Made by a program: the position numbers and the translations under genes. A stretch of 64,000 bases of DNA from an uncultured candidate division Zixibacteria bacterium (GTDB lineage: Bacteria > Zixibacteria > MSB-5A5 > RBG-16-43-9), in contig OY970208.1 of NCBI GenBank assembly GCA_963713865.1, forward strand, positions 1,856,001 through 1,920,000. The letters are read 5' to 3'. How positions within the stretch are numbered: position 1 is the first letter of the stretch; each line of letters opens with the position of its first letter. Below are positions 1-9,677 of this stretch, piece by piece. Below the pieces are notes generated by a model, which worked only from the letters and a program-made list of their open reading frames with translations, searched no databases and was not told the DNA's origin.

Positions 1-440
1 GCATCATCACCAGCGTTTCCCGGGCCATTATATCTTCTCACCCAAGCTGTATCCCCATTAGGATAATATTTTATGGTGGTGTAATCCTCACCTGTGCCAC
101 TGCCATAACTTAACCCAGTCACATACACATTCCCAGAACCATCTACTGCTATGGCCCGAGCCCAATCAGCAGTGTCTGCCGTACCATTGTATATTCTCAC
201 CCAGGCATTATCCCCATTTGGGTAGTACTTTATGGTGGCATAGTCCCAGGAAGTCATGGTGTCCATACTATATCCGGTCACATAGACATTGCCAGAGCCA
301 TCTACTGCTATGGCCCGAGCATTATCATTGGAGTTGCCCGGTCCGTTATATCTTCTCACCCAGGCAGTATCAACAGATTCGGCAAAAAGAGGCAGGGTAA
401 AAATAGAAATCAATACCAGCACCAAAGAAGTCTTGACCAT
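1..440 (-). CDS. Secreted SBBP beta-propeller repeat protein (5' part; runs off window start)
   Basis: Not in ORF track (truncated). ATG at 440 with GGAGG RBS; reads [57 protein letters not shown]... with repeated WVRxYNG / [14 protein letters not shown] / DYxTIKY units. Confidence 0.85.
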   Translation of the reverse strand, partial: [146 protein letters not shown]

Positions 441-657
441 AAATACCTCCTTATGTAACTGTTAGGTTTGATTATCAAAAACCAAAGTCAGCTTCCCCCG
501 AGCTTAGGTTATGGAATTCATAAGTAAATTAATAAGAAATTTTAGTAAGTCAAGAAGAATTTGTAACTCCTCTTATAGGATGAGTAGTGTTGAAAGATTT
601 TGAGGAGCAGGGCCGTCAAGGTCTTGAGACTTTTAGTTTTTTTTGATAAATAAAAAC

Positions 658-826
658 GTCCCGACAGGAGTCGGGATACTACGAACTGCAAACTGTAAGG
701 GCAGACCTGTCCTGCGTATCCGTTTTAGGATGTGTCTGCCCTGATTATTTATGCAAAATGTTGTAAGGTTTTAATATTTTGAATCCTTTTAATTTAATTG
801 TAGAGACGCATGCAATGCGCCCCTAC
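658..826. repeat. Cluster of GTAG-tagged REP-like hairpins
   Basis: gtcccgacaggagtcgggatactac; gggcagacc...gtgtctgccc; gtagagacgcatgcaatgcgcccctac. Confidence 0.75.
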
Positions 827-853
827 AAATGCTGAAGGTTTTCTCTACATTTG

Positions 854-2530
854 TTAATATGAACAGGGCTCCGGTCCGCTTTTAAAAAGATAATTTATCA
901 GATAAACCACATCTGAAATAGTGGTATTCTGGTCGCAGTTGACGTCTCCTCTATACAGAAGGTATGGTGATGGTCCGCCTTTAAGCAGATAGTTGATTAA
1001 AAAGACAACATCTGAAACGCTCGTTTTTCCATCTCGATTTACGTCTCCAGTGCTAAAAGAATATTGAACTGCGGCTAAGAGGTCTATTAACCCCCAGCCG
1101 TAGGTGTTGTTAGGAGTAAGGGCATTATTAGCAGTGTACATCAACGCCTCTCTTACTTTCCAGGGAACCCAGTTTGGATGAGCTGAGAGCAGAACTGCGG
1201 CGCATCCTCCTACTAAAGGAGTTGAAAGAGATGTTCCGCTTACATATACAAAGGTATTGGTGTCGGTGGCTGTGGCACAATAAGTGCTAACTCCTCTGGC
1301 TACTACCTCAGGTTTAATTCTTCCGTTACCGGTTGGTCCTCGTGAACTGAAACTGGCAATCGTGCCTGAGCTATTCACCGCTCCGCAAGAAAGGATGGAA
1401 TCAGCATCAGCCGGAGTTATCAAGGTAGTATCTCCAGGACCTTCATTCCCCATAGCATTACAGACCACTATTCCTAAACTGGCCGCTATATCTGCGGCTA
1501 TAGTTGTTACTGCTGTATTCCCATCTAATTGCTGGCGAGTGTAAAAGAAACCATCATCAAAATCAAGATAACCCAGGGAGCTGGAGATAACATCTGCACC
1601 GATACTGTCTGCCCACTCCATCCCGGCTACCCAGTTATCCTCTTCAATCCGGGTTTCGGTTGGAACATATTCGGTTTTAGCTAAGATAAAGTTAGCTTTA
1701 TAAGCTGGTCCATATAGGGTTCCATCTATTTCTCCACCTAAAGCTGACCAGGTGTAGGTTCCGTGATTATGTTGACTTGTCGCATCCTGTCCGGGCTCAT
1801 TCTGGGTATTAGTGTCGAGATTTATAAAATCGTATTCAGCTAAAACTCTTCCTTCTGAAAAAGCAGATTTAAAAGCCTTATGATCTTTTCTAAAACCGGT
1901 ATCCATCATACAGACTAAAACCCCCTCTCCATGATAACCTAAAGCATGCACTGCCGGAACGTTTATCTGCTGGAGCTGATCATAGGATGGACCATAATTA
2001 ATTGGAAAGAGAGGCTTCCATTGGGGTTGAACTTCTTCTTTTATAGGTTTGCGAATATATGTAAGGACAGGCTTTATAGATTTGACAAAGGGAAGGAGAG
2101 CTATCTGTTCTAATATATTCTGGGAGACCTCAAAACTTGCCGCATTAAGCCAGCGGCTTGGCTGACGCGATTTGGCTCCAAGACTTTTTATATTTTCAAC
2201 ATAAAGCTGGTGTACAGGCAAGTCCAGAAAATTAATTAGCTCACTCTTCAAAACCTTGGCTCGCCGATGAAGAGACTTGGCAGTGAAAAGATTCTGAGTC
2301 CTGCTCTTTGCTTTAACACAGCTTTCCTGGTCAAAAATTCCCTTATCAGTGAAATAGACCCAGACTTTGACCTTTTCACCAGAGGGTTTATTTGACAGAA
2401 ATGTTCTTAGTTCTGGAGAGATAACTGGATAGTCCTTAGGACTAACCAAAGGCTTTTCAATACCCCAGGTTAAAGTAAAGGTTATAAAGAGAAAGAATGA
2501 TAACAAGAGAAGATACCTGCTTTTACACAT
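854..2530 (-). CDS. S8 (subtilisin-like) serine peptidase with C-terminal dockerin-like domain
   Basis: Catalytic motifs MDTG, HGT, SGTSLSTP; signal peptide; C-terminal GDVNRDGKTSVSDVVFLINYL / GDVNCDQ...SDVVYLINYL duplicated repeat. Confidence 0.9.
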   Translation of the reverse strand: MCKSRYLLLLSFFLFITFTLTWGIEKPLVSPKDYPVISPELRTFLSNKPSGEKVKVWVYFTDKGIFDQESCVKAKSRTQNLFTAKSLHRRAKVLKSELINFLDLPVHQLYVENIKSLGAKSRQPSRWLNAASFEVSQNILEQIALLPFVKSIKPVLTYIRKPIKEEVQPQWKPLFPINYGPSYDQLQQINVPAVHALGYHGEGVLVCMMDTGFRKDHKAFKSAFSEGRVLAEYDFINLDTNTQNEPGQDATSQHNHGTYTWSALGGEIDGTLYGPAYKANFILAKTEYVPTETRIEEDNWVAGMEWADSIGADVISSSLGYLDFDDGFFYTRQQLDGNTAVTTIAADIAASLGIVVCNAMGNEGPGDTTLITPADADSILSCGAVNSSGTIASFSSRGPTGNGRIKPEVVARGVSTYCATATDTNTFVYVSGTSLSTPLVGGCAAVLLSAHPNWVPWKVREALMYTANNALTPNNTYGWGLIDLLAAVQYSFSTGDVNRDGKTSVSDVVFLINYLLKGGPSPYLLYRGDVNCDQNTTISDVVYLINYLFKSGPEPCSY

Positions 2531-2846
2531 CTAAGACCTCCTTAAAAGTTAAGTTCCGAAAGTCAATGCTCTCATTTTATAATTTAACCAAAATCCCAAT
2601 TTTGTCAACCTCTCAATAAATTTATTCGGATAATTTTTGATTTAAAGTATGGGAAAATTCCCATATCCTGTAGAAATTAGCCAATTTATTGAAACGTTAT
2701 TAAAAGGTGGTTTTATTATATCGTCAGAAAAGTAGCCGAATCCTAAGCAAGTTAAGGCTTTATAGAAGAAGAACTTGTGCCTAAAAAGACGATTTATTGG
2801 CATATTTATTGCTCAATAATATATTGGTTTACAAAGAAAGGGAGAG

Positions 2847-3239
2847 GTGGTGCTAAGAAGATTTAAAAATATAAATGGGCTTAGTCTTTTAGAGGTCTTA
2901 GTGGCAATGCTGATATTAGCCTTTGGAGTCCTGGGTCTGGCACCGATGATTGTTACTACAATATTCTCAGGTAGTTATTACAATGAGGTAACCAGAGCTA
3001 ATATCATAGCTCAGGATAAGATGGAATTTATGAAGAATTTAGTTTCGTTCAATCCTCTACCCTGGAATGAGATAACCAGCATAAATGGGATTTTTATGCG
3101 CACTACCAGAGTGGATGTTGATACCACAGACTCGTCTGTGCCGGCTGGAGTTTATCGTATCAGAATAACAATAAGCTGGACAGATAAAGTAGGTAAGACC
3201 AGAACAGTAAACTATTATACCTATAAGATGAGAACTTAA
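2847..3239 (+). CDS. Type IV minor pilin, PilV-like
   Basis: Prepilin cleavage motif G/LSLLEVLVAMLIL; first gene of pilin cluster. Confidence 0.8.
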   Translation: MVLRRFKNINGLSLLEVLVAMLILAFGVLGLAPMIVTTIFSGSYYNEVTRANIIAQDKMEFMKNLVSFNPLPWNEITSINGIFMRTTRVDVDTTDSSVPAGVYRIRITISWTDKVGKTRTVNYYTYKMRT

Positions 3240-3240
3240 A

Positions 3241-3783
3241 ATGAGATTCAAGTTTGAAACAAATCCAGTTAATAGCCAGAAAGGTTTAAGTCTGGTTGAG
3301 CTTTTGATTACTGCAACCCTGACTGTTCTAATGGGATTAGCTATGTTGGATTTCTATATTTCCCAGCACAACCAGTTCTTAGTGCAGGAGGAGATATCAG
3401 ATATGCGGCAGAACGGTCGGGTAGCTATGGACGAGATCGCTAAAAATATAAGAAAAGCTGGATATGGGTTGACAGGACAACCATCGATTTCCGTGGGGAC
3501 TGATACTTTAAAAGTCTATTTTAAGGACAGCTCTCAAACCGATACCATCGTTTACTATATCTCCAGGGCAGATGCCCTGCATCCCAATCTAATGAAAAAG
3601 GTAGGTTCAGGTGCGGCTCAAGTATTTGCTGAGAACATAGACTCACTGAGGTTTACTCAAAGCGAAAAATTAATCCATGTGAAGATAGTTGCCAGAGAAG
3701 ATACAAAAGATGATCATTTCCTCGGAGATAAATATCACCGAATAATTTTAAGCTCTAACGTTGAGGTAAGGAATAGTCTCTAA
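3241..3783 (+). CDS. Type IV minor pilin, PilW-like
   Basis: QKG/LSLVELLI prepilin motif; Q..R.AMD.I.K.IR.AGY PilW-like segment. Confidence 0.8.
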   Translation: MRFKFETNPVNSQKGLSLVELLITATLTVLMGLAMLDFYISQHNQFLVQEEISDMRQNGRVAMDEIAKNIRKAGYGLTGQPSISVGTDTLKVYFKDSSQTDTIVYYISRADALHPNLMKKVGSGAAQVFAENIDSLRFTQSEKLIHVKIVAREDTKDDHFLGDKYHRIILSSNVEVRNSL

Positions 3784-3793
3784 AGGAGAAAAA

Positions 3794-5434
3794 TTGAGGA
3801 AATACGCTGTTAGTGAAGAAAAAGGGTCTGCTCTACTTTTAGCCCTGATCATAATGGTTATGCTAACTTTCGTTTTTATTGCAGCATTGACCACCACGGT
3901 AACTGATATGAATATATCAAAAAATCTGAGAGAGAGAACTTCTGCTTTCTATCTGGCTGAATCAGGTTTAGAGTTGGGAATGGGAGTGCTGAGAGGTAAC
4001 TCTAATATGCTGAATAATGATTCCTTAGAAGCATTGATAAGCGCCCATTCAAATCTGGGTAACGGCAGTTTCAGTGTAGATGTTACCGGCACAGCCCCGT
4101 ATAAGACCCTGACATCTACAGGGAGTTCATCTGAAGGGCAGAGCCAAGTTCAGGTCACGGTAAAGAGGGGAAAGAATCCATTTAATATCTGGAATAATAT
4201 AGTTTTTGCTGGAGCAGGCTTAGCAGGACATAGCATCGCCGGTAACGTCTCTTTTCACGGACCAGTCCATATCTTAGGTGGGGGTGAGCCATTCACTGAC
4301 TCCAATAGTAACGGGCATTGGGATCCGACTGATACTTACACTGATTTAAACAAAAATGGAGTATGGGACCCTGGAGAACCTCTCCTGACCGATTCAGATG
4401 GAGACGGTATATGGGATTCAGCAGAACCTTATACTGACTCCAACGGAAATGGTTCCTACAATGGAGCTCTTACATCTGTAGATTTAGCCTGCGAACTTAC
4501 CGGAACTGCCAGGATTTATAATAACTATACCGGTATGAATTCGGATTTATCCTCAAGGATACCACCTATAGATACGATCACTTTCAATGGCGAGCTGGTA
4601 AATACTTTGGATGCTGAACTCAGAGTGAAACATGGACAGGTAAGTTTATCTGGATCTGTTACTGTGGGACAACCTAATGCTTCCGGCAATCATGTAAAAG
4701 AGACGATGGATGGATGTTATGTTAACGATGGTTATGCCGGTAACAAAGGAGCCAGCAATGTTTATTCAGATAATGGCACTAACCAGAAGTATGATTTAGA
4801 AGAGGGTCCGACTTTCCCTAATCTCAGCGACCCTTATACTGACCCTTCGACTGGAATTTCATACCCCTCTTTTCAAAATTATTTAAATTATAATGCTTTG
4901 GTTATAAGCGGGGATTTAGATTTACAACCTGGAACTTCTTATCCTGCTCTTTGCAATGCCAAGGGAAGTATCTATTTAGATGCCAGTGGTTATTTGCAGA
5001 TCAGTGGAATTGTCTATGTTACAGGTAATATAAATATAAACAAAGGCAGTGGCACCCCTGTTTATTTCGATGGAAGAGGAACTCTGGTCTCAGCTAATGA
5101 CATCAGTGTCCACATCGATGTACTATCTAAGGGGATGTTCCCAACCGATGATGTGATAGGGTTTGTTGCTGCTAAGAATTTGAATCTTGCAAATGGTTCT
5201 GGTGATGCACAGCTTAAACTTATGGGTGCCTTTTATGCTCAGAATAAAATCTCTAATGCTAAACAAAATCAATTAGTCGGTGCTATGGTTTCAAATTATT
5301 TCGAAATAAAAAATGTTCCAGACCTATTCCACGTACCTTCTTTAGCCGATAACTTACCACCGGGTATGCCTGGTGCTGGAACTTCTTATGCCTATACTTA
5401 TCAGATAGTACCGAATAGCTGGAGAGAGTTATAA
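3794..5434 (+). CDS. PilX-like minor pilin with acidic Ca-binding-type repeats and beta-rich C-terminal domain
   Basis: KG/SALLLAL (no E5, typical of PilX), AFYLAESG motif; internal EPFTDSNSNGHWD-type repeats. Confidence 0.75.
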   Translation: MRKYAVSEEKGSALLLALIIMVMLTFVFIAALTTTVTDMNISKNLRERTSAFYLAESGLELGMGVLRGNSNMLNNDSLEALISAHSNLGNGSFSVDVTGTAPYKTLTSTGSSSEGQSQVQVTVKRGKNPFNIWNNIVFAGAGLAGHSIAGNVSFHGPVHILGGGEPFTDSNSNGHWDPTDTYTDLNKNGVWDPGEPLLTDSDGDGIWDSAEPYTDSNGNGSYNGALTSVDLACELTGTARIYNNYTGMNSDLSSRIPPIDTITFNGELVNTLDAELRVKHGQVSLSGSVTVGQPNASGNHVKETMDGCYVNDGYAGNKGASNVYSDNGTNQKYDLEEGPTFPNLSDPYTDPSTGISYPSFQNYLNYNALVISGDLDLQPGTSYPALCNAKGSIYLDASGYLQISGIVYVTGNININKGSGTPVYFDGRGTLVSANDISVHIDVLSKGMFPTDDVIGFVAAKNLNLANGSGDAQLKLMGAFYAQNKISNAKQNQLVGAMVSNYFEIKNVPDLFHVPSLADNLPPGMPGAGTSYAYTYQIVPNSWREL

Positions 5435-5456
5435 AATATTAAACGAGGTAAGTAAA

Positions 5457-5943
5457 ATGTTATTAAAGAAGAATCAAAAAGGATTTACTTTCATCGAGTT
5501 GATGATTGTGGTGGTGATAATAGGAATTATGGCCGCCTTGGCGGTGGGACGTTTTGACAAATTCCTTCTCGACCAGAAACTTAAATCTAAAGGAAGGGAT
5601 CTGCTTTCCAGCCTGCGTTTAGCCCGTTCCTATGCGGTAGCACGCAGAGCTCAATATGGTATTTATTTCGATATAAATAGTCACCAATATCTCCTGTTTA
5701 AAGATGTGGTGAATCCATCATCTTATACCTATGACTCTGGAGATTCGGTTTTAAAAACTGAACCATTGTCCAACATCTTTTCATTTAATAACTGTACTTT
5801 TACTAATACTACGATAATTTACCTTTCAACCGGATCTGCCTCTTCTTCTGGCTCAGTGGATATTTATAATTCGGACACTGGCTAAATATGTAAGGGTGGA
5901 TATTCTAGCCAGTACCGGAAGGGCTCGTCTAACCAGAAGCTAA
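5457..5943 (+). CDS. FimT/GspH-like minor pilin with apparent +1 frameshift near 5883
   Basis: QKG/FTFIELMIVV motif, LRLARSYAV; frame ends at 5885 but +1 frame continues KYVRVDILASTGRARLTRS* (typical FimT/GspH C-terminus) to 5943. Confidence 0.75.
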
Positions 5944-6108
5944 TAGGTCTAATAAATATCTCCAAAACTATTAGAAGTATATTTTTTATGATATTTGAAT
6001 CGGGCTAAAAAAATGTTATTTTTCTTCTTAATATTTTTTAAAAATAGTCGATAAAGAAATTAGTGATTTAAAGATTAAGAACAAAAAACTTTTTTCAAAG
6101 AAGAAGAT

Positions 6109-7161
6109 ATGGTCTTAGGAAAAAAGGGTAGAACGGTAGCGGGACTGGATATAGGTGCCAGCTCTATTAAATTAATCAAGTTTGAAGAAAAAGGTGGGGC
6201 TTATATTCTGAGGGCTATGGGTATCAGGGAGATTCCACCGAACGCAATTGTGGATGAGGAGATCAAAGATCGGGATACTCTGATCTATAACATTCAATCG
6301 TTGATCGATCAGTGTGATCCCAGGATAAAAGAGGTAGCTATAGCGGTAGCAGGGCATGGGGTGTTGAATGATAAATTAACTATGGATAAGAAATCAGGTA
6401 GCGAAGCAGAACAGGCTATCCTTTTTGAAGCTGAACAGAGAAGCCCTTTTGATGTAGACGATGTAAGTTTAGATTATCATATTATTAAGGTGAGTGAGGA
6501 TATCAATAAGATGGATGTCTTATTGGTAGCCGCTCGTAAAGATTTTTTACAATCCTATATAGATTTAATCCTGGATGCCGGGCTAAAGCCGGTATTAGTG
6601 GATACCGAAACTTTAGCCCTGTTGAATGCTTATGAGATAAATTATGAGATGAATCCCGAAAAAGTAACCGTTTTGATAAATATTGGATTTGATACCATCA
6701 ATTTAACTTTTATCAAAGATGGAGTTTATAATTCTGCCAGGGATATTTCCTCCGGGACTCGTTTGATATACGAATCGATAATGAAGGAATTCCGTCTTAA
6801 TCCGGAGTTAGCTCAAAAAACTCTTAAAGGAGAAATGGGGAATTCCATTGACCAGGATATGCTGAAAGCCACAGTGGTAACTTCGTCTGAGGAGTTAATC
6901 TCCGGGCTAGAAGTTGCTCTATCCTACTTCAAATCTTCAGCCAAGGTTTCCAATGTGGACTGGATAGTTATGAGTGGAGGAGGAACTTTAATTCCTTTCC
7001 TACCGGAGTTCATCCAGTCGAAGTTAAATATAACGGTGGAAATAGTTAATCCTTTAAGAAATATAGAATATGATCCAGATATTTTCAGACAAGTCCAGCC
7101 GGAGAAAATAGCACCGCTTTTAACCATTGCGGTTGGATTAGCTGCAAGGAAGGTAAAGTAA
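6109..7161 (+). CDS. pilM: Type IV pilus assembly protein PilM
   Basis: GLDIGASSIK actin-like ATPase start, MSGGG, AVGLAAR C-terminus; followed by pilN. Confidence 0.93.
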   Translation: MVLGKKGRTVAGLDIGASSIKLIKFEEKGGAYILRAMGIREIPPNAIVDEEIKDRDTLIYNIQSLIDQCDPRIKEVAIAVAGHGVLNDKLTMDKKSGSEAEQAILFEAEQRSPFDVDDVSLDYHIIKVSEDINKMDVLLVAARKDFLQSYIDLILDAGLKPVLVDTETLALLNAYEINYEMNPEKVTVLINIGFDTINLTFIKDGVYNSARDISSGTRLIYESIMKEFRLNPELAQKTLKGEMGNSIDQDMLKATVVTSSEELISGLEVALSYFKSSAKVSNVDWIVMSGGGTLIPFLPEFIQSKLNITVEIVNPLRNIEYDPDIFRQVQPEKIAPLLTIAVGLAARKVK

Positions 7162-7162
7162 G

Positions 7163-7864
7163 ATGATAGAGATAAATTTACTTCCCAAGGAGTTAAGAAA
7201 AAGAAGAGGAATATTTACTCTAAAGAAAAACACTGCCTATATTTTTGGCGCAGGAGGAGTATTAATTATCCTTCTGATCTTTATAAGTATCTTGCAAGGG
7301 ATAAGGCTTCAAGGTTTAAACCGGAAAATAGCTGAAGCTCAGAAAAGAAAAGAAGGGCTTAAAGAAAGTATCCAGCTGGTGGATGCCCTGACCGAGCTTA
7401 AGAGTAAAATCTTAATGCGCCTTTCCGCCATCGAGTCTCTGGATAGAGATCGCTCCACCTGGATTGACGTTATGGAGGATTTAAGCTCAAGAGTTCCTGA
7501 TTATCTATGGCTTTCTTCTTTTAAAGAGACTCCTCCAGTTGCTCCTCTAGTTCCTAAGGTTCAGACAACAGAAGAAGGAGCAGTCGATACTGTTAAAGTG
7601 ACTCAACCTCAAGCACCACCTGTGTTAAGTCGAAAAGTCATCATTGAAGGTTACACCTTTTCTCTTAATAGCTTAGCTACTTTAATATTAAACCTGATGA
7701 GATCAAACTATTTTAATAATATAGAGTTAAATTACGTGAAATCGGCTGAGCTGGAGAAGCAGAAAACTTACAGCTTTCAGCTAACCAGTGACCTTTTCTA
7801 TGCCAGCCAGATCGATACTCAGAAGGAGCTAGCACTAAATCAAACCGGGTTATCTTCCCCTTAA
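7163..7864 (+). CDS. pilN: Type IV pilus assembly protein PilN
   Basis: MIEINLLP N-terminal motif, TM helix, coiled coil, VPDYLWL. Confidence 0.9.
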   Translation: MIEINLLPKELRKRRGIFTLKKNTAYIFGAGGVLIILLIFISILQGIRLQGLNRKIAEAQKRKEGLKESIQLVDALTELKSKILMRLSAIESLDRDRSTWIDVMEDLSSRVPDYLWLSSFKETPPVAPLVPKVQTTEEGAVDTVKVTQPQAPPVLSRKVIIEGYTFSLNSLATLILNLMRSNYFNNIELNYVKSAELEKQKTYSFQLTSDLFYASQIDTQKELALNQTGLSSP

Positions 7865-7896
7865 TAAGGGGATTTGACAGTTTTTAGGAGGATGAA

Positions 7897-8487
7897 ATGG
7901 ATTTAAAAGATCCAAAGATCCAGAAGATACTTTTGGTAGCATTGGTCGCCTTTTTGGCAATTTATTTTTGGTATGCTAGGATTTATTCTCTGAATATTCA
8001 GAAAATAAACCAGAAACAAGCAGAATATGAGATGCTCCTTACCAATTTGAAAAACGTAGAGATGAAAGCCAAAAGTTTTCAAAACCTTAAAGCTGAATAT
8101 GAAAGCCTGCTTTCGAGATATAAACAGGTGGAGCTGCTTTTACCTGAAGAAAAACAGATCCCCTTATTTTTGACCCAGTTGCAGGCGGCCTCTCAGAACT
8201 CAGAGGCTAAAATAATTCAGATCTTACCTCAAGGCCTAATGCCAATTACTTTTTACAATGCCGCATATTTTGCTTTGGAGTTCAAAGGGAATTACGAGGA
8301 TGTAGGGACTTTTTTCGCCAGCGTAGCTAATTTTCCATTTTTGACCAATATCACTGATGTCAGCTTCTCCGGCTTACCAAAAGATGAGGTGAAGAAGGAA
8401 AAGAGCACCATTGCAATTTCCTGTAAATTAACCACCTATTTTATAAAAGAAGAGGAGAAACTTAAGAAGGTAGAATTTCCAAAATAG
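7897..8487 (+). CDS. pilO: Type IV pilus assembly protein PilO
   Basis: TM helix, coiled coil, LLPEEKQIP, G.Y..VG.F motifs; position after pilN. Confidence 0.88.
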   Translation: MDLKDPKIQKILLVALVAFLAIYFWYARIYSLNIQKINQKQAEYEMLLTNLKNVEMKAKSFQNLKAEYESLLSRYKQVELLLPEEKQIPLFLTQLQAASQNSEAKIIQILPQGLMPITFYNAAYFALEFKGNYEDVGTFFASVANFPFLTNITDVSFSGLPKDEVKKEKSTIAISCKLTTYFIKEEEKLKKVEFPK

Positions 8488-8496
8488 GAAGATTCC

Positions 8497-9672
8497 ATGA
8501 AACAGAATAAACTCTGGTTTGGAATTATAATAAGTGCGATATTTTTACTGAGTCCTTTTGCTCTTCTTTGGGCAGATAGTAGTATTCAGAACATTACTCT
8601 CCAAAGGGAAGGAGACTATACTAAGATAACCATCTTAGCGGACGCACCTTTTCAATTTAATCATTTTATTGAGGAGAAAAAGGAGGGGAAGCCTTATCGG
8701 ATTGTGATCGACTGTTTGAATGCAGTGAATTCTCTACCGCAGGGAAGTTTCCTACAGCTCCCTTCTGGTACGATTACCGCAATCCGCACAAGTCAATACC
8801 AAACCTCTCCGGATAAGATCTGTCGGATTGTTCTGGACCTCAAAAATCCAGCGGTATATAAGGTGATGGATGAGACTGGGAAAAAGGGTGTCATATTGGC
8901 GCTTTCAACTCCTCAGGAACCAGTATATCCTCTGTGGAGTGCAGTTCAGGAAAAATCCTTTAAAAGCGGACAAAAAACTCCTGAGTCAATTGAAACCAAG
9001 CCAGTTCAGTCCGAATCTAAATCCAAAATTGTGGAAAAACCCACAAAAACTACTATTGCTTCAAAAGAAAAACCTATAGAGAAACCTAAAAAAGAGTTAG
9101 CCGTTTCAACCGAAAAAGAGAAGGATATAAAGCTATCTCAAAAAACAGAAGTTACCCCCTCTGAGAAAGTGAAAATTCCGGATAAACCTGTTCCGCCGAT
9201 AAAAAAAGAAAAGCAGAAAGAGATACCCGTAACAACAGAACAACCCAAAACTACCGACTCTGAAAAAACTGAAGCTGCAGAGGTAGATAGCTCGAAGAAA
9301 GAGCCTTCAGTAAATATAGCTGGTAAAGTAATAGAAGAAGTTCCAAAAAGAAAAATACTGGTCTATCATAGCGGGGAAAGAAAAGACCCTTTTTCACCTT
9401 TAACTGAGAAAAAGAATTTCTCAATGGGTGCACCTCCTCTCCCCAGTATTGAGGAGCTTAAGCTGGTGGGTATCTTAGAAGATCATAATGGATTTAAGGC
9501 GCTTTTAGAAAATGAACTGGGCTATGGTTATATTTTGCAAACAGGGGATCGGATAAGAAATGGGTCTGTGGTATCCATAGATAAAGAAAGGATAATCTTT
9601 CAAATCCAGGAATATGGATTTACTAAAAATATAGCTTTAGAGCTTTTCACACCTAATCAGGAAGAGAGGTAG
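8497..9672 (+). CDS. pilP: AMIN domain - K/E/P-rich linker - PilP domain fusion
   Basis: Signal peptide without lipobox Cys; PYRIVID / IRTSQYQ..PD.ICRIVLDL (AMIN); C-terminal Y...RKDPF.PL...LKLVGIL...GDRI (PilP). Confidence 0.75.
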   Translation: MKQNKLWFGIIISAIFLLSPFALLWADSSIQNITLQREGDYTKITILADAPFQFNHFIEEKKEGKPYRIVIDCLNAVNSLPQGSFLQLPSGTITAIRTSQYQTSPDKICRIVLDLKNPAVYKVMDETGKKGVILALSTPQEPVYPLWSAVQEKSFKSGQKTPESIETKPVQSESKSKIVEKPTKTTIASKEKPIEKPKKELAVSTEKEKDIKLSQKTEVTPSEKVKIPDKPVPPIKKEKQKEIPVTTEQPKTTDSEKTEAAEVDSSKKEPSVNIAGKVIEEVPKRKILVYHSGERKDPFSPLTEKKNFSMGAPPLPSIEELKLVGILEDHNGFKALLENELGYGYILQTGDRIRNGSVVSIDKERIIFQIQEYGFTKNIALELFTPNQEER

Positions 9673-9677
9673 ATGTT

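Noticed and set aside
218-400. 60-aa + strand ORF
   Set aside because: Antisense shadow of the SBBP repeat gene on the minus strand.
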